Assembly (NCBI GenBank): GCA_964016885.1
Contig: OZ024764.1
Span: forward strand, 9,672,001-9,736,000
DNA: 64,000 nt
Direction: 5' to 3'
DNA from: Eledone cirrhosa
Lineage: Eukaryota
Positions 29,317 through 42,692 of this stretch are shown one piece after another (within the stretch, counting starts at the first letter, position 1; every line of letters begins with the position of its first letter). The notes beneath the pieces are model-generated. The model did not search any database. It was not told the DNA's origin and was given only the letters and a program-made list of their open reading frames with translations. Made by a program: the position numbers and the translations under genes.

Positions 29317-30332
29317 AAAGTTCTATTTAAAATTGTTGGGATACAACAAGTAAATATTTTTATAACTGATATAAAGCACTCGACAAGTATTTGGAGTAGA
29401 TATACGATATTAATAAATGGAAATTATATGGTTTTATAAATATAGTTTCCATTTATTAATATCGTATATATATATATATATATATATATAGGGATGAAAA
29501 TGACGTGCTGTGTTGTTGCGGATGTGATACATATGAATTAAAAAATGGAGTAAGAAGCCAGAAACATCCGTCATCAGTGATCTTCTAGCCATCATAGGTC
29601 ATAGGTATTTCTTCGCATTAAAGATCATATACGTCAGGCTAGCGCGAGCAAATAACTAAATAAAGTTATTGGGATAAAAAGAATTGGGTGGAGAAAGAGA
29701 GACATGTAAACAAACAAGAATGGTAAGGCAACGTAAAGGGTGAAAAATCAAGTCAGTGATACAAGTGAACATAAGATCTGGCGAATCAGTGACGAGAAAG
29801 ATGAAAGACGCATCCAAGCCATATATATATATGAAGAGAGATAGACTTACATCTTTAGTGTGTGTGAGGGAGAGAAAGAGGTGTTTTTTTATATATATAT
29901 ATATAAAAAAAACACATTATTAGAGCATTGGCCTTGCAGTTGGAGGCACATGGCTTAGTGGTTAGAGCATTGGCCTTGCAATTGAAAGGTTGTTCAATTC
30001 TCGGACCGGGTAATGTGTTGTTTCCTTGAGCAAGACACTTTATTTCACATTGCTCCAGTTTACTCAGCTGTAGAAATGAGATGATAGGGACTGGGGTCCC
30101 TATCATTCCACTGCAAAGTGGTCGTGGAGCTGCCACGGCAAAAAAGCACCCAGCCCACACTGTAAAGTGGACGTGTAGGTGCCACGGAAATAGGCACCCA
30201 GCACTCACTGTAAGGTTGGTGTTAGGAAATCAAACCAGAATCAGTTCCCGTCCAACCCTTGCAAGCAGGGAAAAGCGGACGTAAAATGATGATGATGATT
30301 ATATATATATACATACATACATACATACATAC

Positions 30333-30372
<40 letters not shown>

Positions 30373-32978
30373 ATCTTTGGTGTGTGCTGAAATGTAATTT
30401 GCCGTCTCAGAGTCATCAGCACATTTAGTTAACCACTTCTTGATGGTATTGCAGTCAGTGGGAGCATGGTATTCTATACCACATCTGAAACTGGAGAGAT
30501 AGAGACATGTCTGTATGTATATATATAAAATAATAATAATAATAATAATTGTTTTTACTTTAGGCACAAGGCCAGCAATTGCCCAGTGCATTACTGGTAC
30601 TTTATTTTATCTACCCCGTAAGGATGAAAGGCAAAGTTAACTTCGACAGGATTTGAACTCAGAATGGCAAGGGCCGTAACTCTATGCGTCAAAGCATGGC
30701 GTCCAACCCTCTACCAATACTGCCAATCCACAATAATAATTGTTTCTTCTTTAGGCACAAGGCCAGCAATTACCCAGTGCATTACTGGTACTTAATTTTA
30801 TCGACCCCGTAAGGATGAAAGGCAAAGTCAACCTCAGCGGGATTTGAACTCAGATCGTAAAGGGACGTAACTATGCTGGAAAGCATGTAAGTATGTATGT
30901 ATACGTACATACACATATGTATACAGACGTACAGTAGTATGTATATATATATATATACATACATGCACACATATATATATATGTACGTATGGGTTTACCG
31001 AACATTTATTATAATGCTCGGTTAGTTTGTAAACCCATATGTACATATATATATGTGTGCATGTATGTATATAGAAACATACTACTGTACGTCTGTATAC
31101 ATGTGTATGTACGTATACATACATACTTACATTTAAGTACCAGCCGTACTAAGAGTGAGAAATGAAATTTCATTTCATTCTTTTCCATTTATATAATAAT
31201 AATAATAATGAAATTATTGTGTACAGTGCTCAGGTGCACTACAAGTCGTCAAAGGTGCATGTATAGTACATAGAATAATATACAAATGTCAGGGAAGTGA
31301 ATAGTGTATGAGTCATGATATACATGTGTGTGTGTGTATGGAGGGGGAACATTAGGTGTAGTGTTGGCGAATTTCAGGAAGCATGGAGGTTTTAAAGGAT
31401 GCAGTGTCTCGACAGCTAACAACTGATGCAGGTAGTTTGTTCCATGGAGGTTTTAAAGGATGCTGTGTCTCGACAGCTAACAACTGATGCAGGTAGTTTG
31501 TTCCATGGAGGTTTTAAAGGATGCAGTGTCTCGACAGCTAACAACTGATGCAGGTAGTTTGAAAGGATGCAGTGTCTCGACAGCTAACAACTGATGCTGG
31601 TAGTTTGTTCCATGGAGGTTTTAAAGGATGCAGTGTCTCGACTGCTAACAACTGATGCAGGTAGTTTGTTCCATGGAAGTTTTAAAGGATGCAGTGTCTC
31701 GACAGCTAACAACTGATGCTGGTAGTTTGTTCCATGGAGGTTTTAAAGGATGCAGTGTCTCGACTGCTAACAACTGATGCAGGTAGTTTGTTCCATGGAG
31801 GTTTTAAAGGATGCAGTGTCTCGACAGCTAACAACTGATGCAGGTAGTTTGTTCCATGGAGGTTTTAAAGGATGCAGTGTCTCGACAGCTAACAACTGAT
31901 GCAGGTAGTTTGTTCCATGGAGGTTTTAAAGGATGCAGTGTCTCGACAGCTAACAACTGATGTAGGTAGTTTGTTCCATGGAGGTTTTAAAGGATGCAGT
32001 GTCTCGACTGCTAACAACTGATGCAGGTAGTTTGTTCCATGGAAGTTTTAAAGGATGCAGTGTCTCGACAGCTAACAACTGATGCTGGTAGTTTGTTCCA
32101 TGGAGGTTTTAAAGGATGCAGTGTCTCGACAGCTAACAACTGATGCAGGTAGTTTGTTCCATGGAGGTTTGAAAGGATGCAGTGTCTCGACAGCTAACAA
32201 CTGATGCTGGTAGTTTGTTCCATGGAGGTTTTAAAGGATGCAGTGTCTCGACTGCTAACAACTGATGCAGGTAGTTTGTTCCATGGAAGTTTTAAAGGAT
32301 GCAGTGTCTTGACAGCTAACAACTGATGCTGGTAGTTTGTTCCATGGAGGTTTTAAAGGATGCAGTGTCTCGACTGCTAACAACTGATGCAGGTAGTTTG
32401 TTCCATGGAGGTTTTAAAGGATGCAGTGTCTCGACAGCTAACAACTGATGCAGGTAGTTTGTTCCATGGAGGTTTTAAAGGATGCAGTGTCTCGACAGCT
32501 AACAACTGATGCAGGTAGTTTGTTCCATGGAGGTTTTAAAGGATGCAGTGTCTCGACAGCTAACAACTGATGTAGGTAGTTTGTTCCATGGAGGTTTTAA
32601 AGGATGCAGTGTCTCGACTGCTAACAACTGATGCAGGTAGTTTGTTCCATGGAAGTTTTAAAGGATGCAGTGTCTCGACAGCTAACAACTGATGCTGGTA
32701 GTTTGTTCCATGGAGGTTTTAAAGGATGCAGTGTCTCGACTGCTAACAACTGATGCAGGTAGTTTGTTCCATGGAGGTTTGAAAGGATGCAGTGTCTCGA
32801 CAGCTAACAACTGATGCAGGTAGTTTGTTCCATGAAGGTTTTAAAGGATGCAGTGTCTCGACAGCTAACAACTGATGCAGGGAGTTTGTTCCATGCTTCA
32901 GCAATTCTGACCGTGAAAAAATGTTTCCGAAAGTCATGGGAGCTGTGCTGTTTTCTGACTTTGTAGGTATGCCCACGC

Positions 32979-33017
<39 letters not shown>

Positions 33018-35862
33018 AAATATAAAACAATCAAATTTTAGCTTAATACATTTAATTGCTGATGATCGTTTCTCCCAGACAACTCTCTGGAATCATCGGA
33101 GAATACACAATGTTTAAACAAGTAATTATAATCGTAGTCTTCGGAATATTCATAAAGATATATTTATATTTTGTATTTCAGCTCTGTAAGACATATGATA
33201 ATTTACATTGAGCTTTTTCTCTTACTGGTAATTGGGTAGTGCTTAATACTACCCTTTCATATTTATAATTATATATAACTCATATACAAGCATAAATATT
33301 ATTATTATATATATATATTATTGAGTAAAATGACAGGAGGTTGGACTGGTGAAATTCCTTCAAAGATTTATTACAAACACTATGCACATTTCAATGATCA
33401 GGTTCCATAAGATCCTGGTGACATCATCAGGTGTTTATTGCATAAAAGTTATATAATAAAGGAATAATGGTAAACATAATCCAAGAGGCTTTATATATTT
33501 CGGAAAAGAGTCAGGACCCCAACAGCTGAGCTCCGGCCGTTCTTGTTATTTATATATATATGTCAATGTGCGTGAACGACCAAGCATAGATGAGTTGAGA
33601 GAGAAACTGGGTATAAGAGGGATAAGTTGTGGTGTGCAGGAGAGAAGACTGAGATGGTGTGGACATGTGATGGAGGAGAGGATGACTGCTGGGTGAAGAA
33701 GTGCCAAGAAATCCCAGTAGAAGGAAGACACAATAGTGAAGACCACGAAAAACATGGACGGAGGCGGTGAGAGCAGACCCCAGATCACTGAAGCTCACGG
33801 AGGAGATGACGAAGGACCGTGACAAGTGGAGAGATGCTGTGCTGAATAGGACCCGTCACACCCTTGCAAGCAGGGAAAAGCAGACGTATGATGATGATGA
33901 TATAGCTTATCACTTCTTGATGGTACTAGGAAGTTCGGAGCTTACCAAAAAGAAGTTTTACATTTGGAACAGTCCACTTAAAAAAAAAAGGGGTGGTGGT
34001 ATCTGCAGTGTGAGGGAACTAGAGATAAAATATATTCAAAAGGCAAAAAAAAAAAAACCGAAGTTCGGAGCTTACCAAAAAGAAGTTTTACATTTGGAAC
34101 AGTCCACTTAAAAAAAAAAGGGGTGGTGGTATCTGCAGTGTGAGGGAACTAGAGATAAAATATATTCAAAAGGCAAAAAAAAAAAAACCGAAGTTCGGAG
34201 CTTACCAAAAGGAAGTTTTACATTTGGAACAGTCCACTTAAAAAAAAAAGGGGTGGTGGTATCTGCAGTGTGAGGGAACTAGAGATAAAATATATTCAAA
34301 AGGCAAAAAAAAAAAAAACCGAAGTTCGGAGCTTCCCAAAAAGAAGTTTTACATTTGGAACAGTCCACTTAAAAAAAAAAGGGGTGGTGGTATCTGCAGT
34401 GTGAGGGAACTAGAGATAAAATATATTCAAAAGGCAAAAAAAAAAAAACCGAAGTTCGGAGCTTACCAAAAGGAAGTTTTACATTTGGAACAGTCCACTT
34501 AAAAAAAAAAGGGGTGGTGGTATCTGCACTGTGAGGGAACTAGAGATAAAATATATTCAAAAGGCAAAAAAAAAAAAACCGAAGTTCGGAGCTTACCAAA
34601 AAGAAGTTTTACATTTGGAACAGTCCACTTAAAAAAAAAAGGGGTGGTGGTATCTGCAGTGTGAGGGAACTAGAGATAAAATATATTCAAAAGGCAAAAA
34701 AAAAGAAAACCGAAGTTCGGAGCTTACCAAAAAGAAGTTTTACATTTGGAACAGTCCACTTTCTTGGCTTGGGGTTGTGGTGCTCTGACTATTACCGGAC
34801 AGTTTGGACCAGGACAAAACCGTAATTGAGGATGGGTCTACAAATAGAAAATATAAACATTTATATATATATATATATATATATATACACCCCAACTCAC
34901 TACCCCTACTCCACCCTCCCACTCCCACCAACACCACCCTTTCTCTATCATCATCATCATCATTCGTTGACTACTGTCGAGATGATGGATCTCAACCTCA
35001 TGCCCCAGAATTCCCTGTCCCCCATCGCTGCCCCCAGGTCCTGTCTACTGATTCCCGTATCCCTAGAGATAACTGTTTCTACTTTAGGCACAAGGCCAGC
35101 AATTACCCAGTGCATTACTGGTACTTTATTTTATCGACCCCGTAAGGATGAAAGGCAAAGTCAACCTCGGCGGGATTTGAACTCAGATCGTAAAGGGACG
35201 TAACTATGCTGGAAAGCATGGCGTCCGACCCTCTACCGATACTGCCAATCCACCGCCCTTCCCTCTATCACCGTATCCCTAGAGATAACGTCAGGGAATG
35301 ACAGCTTCCTACTCCTAGTCAGGCTGGAGTCAGGGTTCCAGAGCAAGAGAGCGGATATGATTTCATTGCTGGCACGGTGACAGTCCTCATAACGCCTCTC
35401 CTGAGGATGAGGTAAGAGAATTCTACACGACCCTTCGCACAGTTGTTGAGCAAGTACCCTTACACAACTTTCTTATCATCGCTGGAGACCTCAACGCTCA
35501 ACTTGGCCCGGATGAAGTAAGGTTCACATACAATAGGGTTACTAACAACAGCTCAACAGCTCAAACAACAACTTCATGAAGACCAGAGGCCAGCTTTGGA
35601 GCCTTTCTCTATAAAGTTATGTTGGTACCACAACATCCAGTCCAAACTAATGAGGTCGTGTAGGTGTCACGACAAAAAAAGCTCCCAGTCCACACTGTAA
35701 ATGTGTGGTTGGTGTTAGGAAGGGTATCCAGCCGTAGAAAACCTGCCAGACAGTCCTATACGAGCGAGACACGGTCACCCGACCAATCTTGCCTCAAGTG
35801 GGACAATTCCCGTCTAACCCATGCTAGCGTGGAAGATAGACGTTAAACGATGATGATGATGA

Positions 35863-35898
<36 letters not shown>

Positions 35899-38800
35899 TA
35901 AGGCGGGTAAAATTCCCGAGATCCATGGACGAGTTCTCTCCAGTTGTCTCTGTCCCTCATTATCGCTGCCATGTCCTGCGTCGCCAACAGACCAGTGTCT
36001 GTCCTTAGGGCATCAACATACGTTAACCTTGGTCTTCCTCTTCTATATAATAATTGGAGGAATGCAGGACTGTGTCTTGAATATATTTTTTTCTGAACAC
36101 ATTAAAATAAGTTGGATTACTTTGAATAAATAATTGTTTCTACTTTAGGCACAAGGCCAGCAATTATCCAGTGCATTACTGGTACTTTATTTTACCGACC
36201 CCGTAAGGATGAAAGGCAAAGTGAACCTCGGCGGGATTTGAACTCAGATCGTAAAGGGACGTAACTATGCTGGAAAGCATGGCGTCCGACTCTCTACTGA
36301 TACTGCCAATCCACCGCCCTAATAATAAGTCTGCATGCCGAAACCCGGGAATGAACAGGGGACCTTTAGATCTTCAGTCTAACGCTCTCCCAACTGAGCT
36401 ATTTCGGCTGTACATTACTTTGAATAAATAATGAATGAATATTACATAATTTATCTACTAAATTTCGTAGCTGTTGATTAAACAAATATTTTTATATATA
36501 ATCTATTTTAAGATTCACTTCTTTAAAATTTTCAAATGTCAATACTTCCAGTTAGCGTCCGTTATATCATAATACTTATCACATCACTTATATCAACATT
36601 CATATATTTGTATCGTTATATAAGGTTTATATTTCCGTCACTAATTTTCTCCTTTTTCGTTTTCATTACATTTCACCGTAATGCAGTTTAAATATAATGT
36701 GAAGGCACATGGCTTAGTGGTTAGAGCTTAGTGGCTTGCAATCGAAAGGTTGTGAGTTCAATTCTCAGACCGGGTGATGTGTTGTTTCCTTGAGCAAGAT
36801 ACTTTACTTCACATTGCTCCAGTTTACTCAGCTGTAGAAATGAGATGATAGGGACTGGGGTCCCTATCATTCCACTGCAAAGTGGTTGTGGAGGTGCCAC
36901 GGCAAAAAAGCACCCAGCACTCACTGTAAATGAGGTTGGTGTTAGGAAGGGCATCCAACTGTAGAAATCAAGCCAGAATCAGTTCCCGTATGAGCAAGAC
37001 AAGGTCAGCCGACCAGACACTGCCCACAACAGGACAACCCGTCTAACCCATGCTAGCGTGGAAGAAAGGACGTAGAACGGTGATGATATAATATTGTCTT
37101 TGTTAAATGTATCATGGATTATTTTACTGATTACAGAAGACAGTGTAACACAGTCTCTCTTCAATTTCTGTGCATATTGTCAACTATGATTCTATTTGAC
37201 ATATCATATCTCCATATATTTGCATATAATGGAGGCACATGGCTTAGTGGTTAGAGCATTGGCCTTGCAATCGAAAGGTTGTGAGTTCAATTCTCAGACC
37301 GGGTGATGTGTTGTTTCCTTGAGCAAGACACTTTATTTCACATTGCTCCAGTTTACTCAGCTGTAGAAATGAGATGATAGGGACTGGGGTCCCTATCATT
37401 CCACTGTAAAGTGGTCGTGGAGGTGCCACGGCAAAAAAGCACCCAGCACTCACTGTAAATGAGGTTGGAGTTAGGAAGGGCATCCAGCTGTAGAAATCAA
37501 GCCAGAATCAGTTCCCGTCCCACCCTTGCAAGCAGGGAAAAAGCGGACGTAAAATGAAATGATGATGATGATGATGATGATAATATCAATATCCACACTA
37601 CACATGCTAGCAGGAAACCACACGAAGGGTGGTTTTTTTTCTGCTAGCAACAAATAATTGTTTCTACTTTTGGCACACACACGGCCAGCAATTACCCCAG
37701 TGCATTACTGGTACTTTATTTTATCGACCCCGTAAGGATGAAAGGCAAAGTTAAACTACCATAATTGTTTATTGCATTATATATATTTCTGTGACATTTT
37801 AGCTAGTATGCTCGGACACTTACCTTGACATGGTCCATAAATGTAAGTCTCATGTATCGGTCTCGAATGTCTGGTTGGCTGAGTACCTCACAGATGATAT
37901 TCTCCGGCACAAGGACATTACACTCCGCTGCCATGCACTGGATTCCTGGTGGCGGTGGCGGTGGTGTCGATGGTAGTGGTGGTGGTGGTGGTGGTGGTGG
38001 TGATGGTGGTGGTGGTGGTGGTAGTGGTGAAGAAGAAGACATTATTAGAGACAGAGAGAGAGAGATGGAGTAACAGAGTTGATAGAGGGAAGGAGGGAGG
38101 GAGGGAGAAAGAAGGAAGGAAGGAAGGAAGGAAGGAAGGAAAAAGAAAGAAAGAAATAGAGGAAGGAAAGGAAGAAAAGAAAGTGAGTAAAAAGACAACA
38201 AAAAAGGTGAGCACATACTTGTGGTTACTCCTTGGTAGATTTGTACTTGGAAATATCTATCCCACAATATTATTAGAGACAGAGAGAGAGATGGAGTAAC
38301 AGAGTTGATAGAGGGAAGGAGGGAGGGAGGGAGGGAGAAGGAAGGAAGGAAAAAGAAAGAAAGAAGGAAGGAAGGAAAAAGAAAGAAAGAAAGTGAGTAA
38401 AAAGACAACAAAAAAGGTGAGCACATACTTGTGGTTACTCCTTGGTAGATTTGTACTTGGAAATATCTATCCCACAATATTATTAGAGACAGAGAGAGAG
38501 ATGGAGTAACAGAGTTGATAGAGGGAAGGAGGGAGGGAGAAAGAAGGAAGGAAGGAAAAAGAAAGAAAGGAAGGAAGGAAAAAGAAAGAAGGAAGGAAAA
38601 AGAAAGAAAGAAGGAAGGAAGGAAGGAAAAAGAAAGAAAGAAATAGAGGAAGGAAAGGAAGAAAAGAAAGTGAGTAAAAAGACAACAAAAAAGGTGAGCA
38701 CATACTTGTGGTTACTCCTTGGTAGATTTGTACTTGGAAATATCTATCCCACAATATTATTAGAGACAGAGAGAGAGATGGAGTAACAGAGTTGATAGAG

Positions 38801-41800
38801 GGAAGGAGGGAGGGAGGGGGAAGGAAGGAAAAAGAAAGAAAGAAGGAAGGAAGGAAAAAGAAAGAAAGAAAGTGAGTAAAAAGACAACAAAAAAGGTGAG
38901 CACATACTTGTGGTTACTCCTTGGTAGATTTGTACTTGGAAATATCTATCCCACAATATTATTAGAGACAGAGAGAGAGATGGAGTAACAGAGTTGATAG
39001 AGGGAAGGAGGGAGGGAGGGAGGGAGAAGGAAGGAAGGAAGGAAAAAGAAAGAAAGAAATAGAGGAAGGAAAGGAAGAAAAGAAAGTGAGTAAAAAGACA
39101 ACAAAAAAGGTGAGCACATACTTGTGGTTACTCCTTGGTAGATTTGTACTTGGAAATATCTATCCCACAATATTATTAGAGACAGAGAGAGAGATGGAGT
39201 AACAGAGTTGATAGAGGGAGGGAGGGAGGGAGAAGGAAGGAAGGAAGGAAAAAGAAAGAAAGAAATAGAGGAAGGAAAGGAAGAAAAGAAAGTGAGTAAA
39301 AAGACAACAAAAAAGGTGAGCACATACTTGTGGTTACTCCTTGGTAGATTTGTACTTGGAAATATCTATCCCACAATATTATTAGAGACAGAGAGAGAGA
39401 TGGAGTAACAGAGTTGATAGAGGGAGGGAGGGAGGGAGAAGGAAGGAAGGAAGGAAGGAAGGAAGGAAAAAGAAAGAAAGAAATAGAGGAAGGAAAGGAA
39501 GAAAAGAAAGTGAGTAAAAAGACAACAAAAAAGGTGAGCACATACTTGTGGTTACTCCTTGGTAGATTTGTACTTGGAAATATCTATCCCACAATATTGA
39601 CAGAGAGAGAGATGGAGTAACAGAGTTGATAGAGGGAGGGAGGGAGGGAGAAAGAAGGAAGGAAGGAAAAAGAAAGAAAGAAGGAAGGAAGGAAGGAAAA
39701 AGAAAGAAAGAAATAGAGGAAGGAAAGGAAGAAAAGAAAGTGAGTAAAAAGACAACAAAAAAGGTGAGCACATACTTGTGGTTACTCCTTGGTAGATTTG
39801 TACTTGGAAATATCTATCCCACAATATTATTAGAGACAGAGAGAGAGATGGAGTAACAGAGTTGATAGAGGGAGGGAGGGAGGGAGGGAGGGAGAAGGAA
39901 GGAAGGAAGGAAAAAGAAAGAAAGAAATAGAGGAAGGAAAGGAAGAAAAGAAAGTGAGTAAAAAGACAACAAAAAAGGTGAGCACATACTTGTGGTTACT
40001 CCTTGGTAGATTTGTACTTGGAAATATCTATCCCACAATATTGACAGAGAGAGAGATGGAGTAACAGAGTTGATAGAGGGAGGGAGGGAGGGAGAAAGAA
40101 GGAAGGAAGGAAAAAGAAAGAAAGAAGGAAGGAAGGAAGGAAAAAGAAAGAAAGAAATAGAGGAAGGAAAGGAAGAAAAGAAAGTGAGTAAAAAGACAAC
40201 AAAAAAGGTGAGCACATACTTGTGGTTACTCCTTGGTAGATTTGTACTTGGAAATATCTATCCCACAATATTGACAGAGAGAGAGATGGAGTAACAGAGT
40301 TGATAGAGGGAGGGAGGGAGGGAGAAAGAAGGAAGGAAGGAAAAAGAAAGAAAGAAGGAAGGAAGGAAGGAAAAAGAAAGAAAGAAATAGAGGAAGGAAA
40401 GGAAGAAAAGAAAGTGAGTAAAAAGACAACAAAAAAGGTGAGCACATACTTGTGGTTACTCCTTGGTAGATTTGTATTTGGAAATATCTATCCCACAATA
40501 TTATTAGAGACAGAGAGAGAGATGGAGTAACAGAGTTGATAGAGGGAGGGAGGGAGGGAGGGAGGGAGAAGGAAGGAAGGAAGGAAAAAGAAAGAAAGAA
40601 ATAGAGGAAGGAAAGGAAGAAAAGAAAGTGAGTAAAAAGACAACAAAAAAGGTGAGCACATACTTGTGGTTACTCCTTGGTAGATTTGTACTTGGAAATA
40701 TCTATCCCAGCATTCCTTGCAGAAGAGATGTCCACAGGTGAGACATTCCATCCTGTCTCTGGCATACCAGACGGTACAGACAGTACAGACTAGACTGCTA
40801 GCCCCAGGGTCCTGGAATTAGAGAGGGGGTAGGGGTTAGGTGAGGTGACAAGACAGTACAGACTAGACTGCTAGCCCCAGGGTCCTGGAATTAGAGAGGG
40901 GGTAGGGGTTAGGTGAGGTGACAAGACAGTACAGACTAGACTGCTAGCCCCAGGGTCCTGGAATTAGAGAGGGGGTAGGGGTTAGGTGAGGTGACAAGAC
41001 AGTACAGACTAGACTGCTAGCCCCAGGGTCCTGGAATTAGAGAGGGGGTAGGGGTTAGGTGAGGTGACAAGACAGTACAGACTAGGTTGTTAGCCCCAGG
41101 GTCCTGGAATTAGAGAGGGGGTAGGGGTTAGGTGAGGTGACAAGACAGTACAGACTAGGTTGTTAGCCCCAGGGTCCTGGAATTAGAGAGGGGGTAGGGG
41201 TTAGGTGAGGTGACAAGACAGTACAGACTAGACTGCTAGCCCCAGGGTCCTGGAATTAGAGAGAGGGCAGGAGTTAGGTGAGGTGACAAGACAGTACAGA
41301 CTAGGCTGCTAGCCCCAGGGTCCTGGAATTAGAGAGAGGGGGTAGGGATTAGCTGAGGTCAGAGGTTCTCAAACTTTTGGGGCCACTGCTCCCCTCACGG
41401 CCACATAATACCCTCAGTACCCACCAACCCTATTTCCAGACACAGCAATACAGAAGACCCGACTTCCCACGGGTTTCAAGCTGAAGCTGAAGCATATAGA
41501 CAATATGCCCCCACACCCTCCCACTGCAAAGTGGACGTGTAGGTGCCCCAGAAAAAAAGCACCCAGCCCTCACTGTAAATGAGGTTGGTGTTAGGAAGGG
41601 CATCCAGCTGTAGAAATCAAGCCAGAATCAGTTCCCGTATGATCAAGACAAGGTCAGCTGACTGGACACTGCCCACAACAGGACAACTCGTCTAACCCAT
41701 GCTAGCGTGCAAGAACGGACGTAAAACGGTGATGATGATGATGAAATATATATATATATATATATATTTCATCATCCTCATCACTGTTTTACGTCCTTTC

Positions 41801-42648
41801 CTTTTTTTATAGATATATAAATATATATTTATATATCTATAAAAAAAGGAAAGGAAAAAAAAGGGGGGAAAAGTCCACGCTGTAATGTGGCCATGTAGGT
41901 AACATGGTAAACGGCTCCCAGCCCACACTGTAAACGTGGTTGCTGTTAGGAAGGGCATCCAGCTGTAGAAAACCTGCCAGATACAGTCCTATACGAGCGG
42001 GACACGGTCACCCGACCAATGTTACCTCAAGTGGGACAATTCCTGCCTAACCCATGCTAGCGTGGAAGATAGACGTTAAATGATGATGATGATGGTGATG
42101 ATGATGATGATGAGAGAGAGAAAGAGAGAGACCTACCTGAAACTTCACTGAAGGCATAATATTGGACTCCACCAGTAATCCTGCAGGGTTTTCATTGTGC
42201 CTGGGGAGGAAAGAAAGAAAAATATTATCATCATCATCATCACACTACCAGACGGGGGTGGATTAGCAGAATTGGTACTATACTACACAGTATATATATA
42301 TATATATATATATATTGTTATACTTAGGGAGGGTCATGTTGCCAATAAGAAACACACGCACCAGTTGCTTTCACTTCAATTTATTATAATAAATTTATAA
42401 TAAATTTATAAATTTCTGGTTGGTTGGTTGGTTCCACAACCAGATAGTTGTTTATATATTGTCATAGTTCTTTCGTCACACACTCTGTGACCTCTTCAGT
42501 GACTGGGGATTCCTTTCTTTGTTTCTGTGCCTCTCCTTTGTTCTGTCCTACGCCATTTTGTTGGCAACATGACCCTCCCTAAGTATAACAATATCGGTTT
42601 CAACACACGATTTCAGATAAAGAATCTTGCTAAACAAATTCAGAAACG

Positions 42649-42692
<44 letters not shown>

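Noticed and set aside
33911-33925. 15-bp match CACTTCTTGATGGTA to ARIH2 exon 7
   Set aside because: Too short and without a splice site; could be chance
36336-36408. Functional tRNA-Phe gene
   Set aside because: T-arm/B-box changes, no terminator and enclosure in a TSD favour a retrocopy; kept as probable pseudogene
38041-40708. CRISPR-like appearance of constant repeats with variable spacers
   Set aside because: Spacers are homologous (GGAA)n variants, the repeat is ARIH2 exon sequence, and the context is eukaryotic with no cas genes
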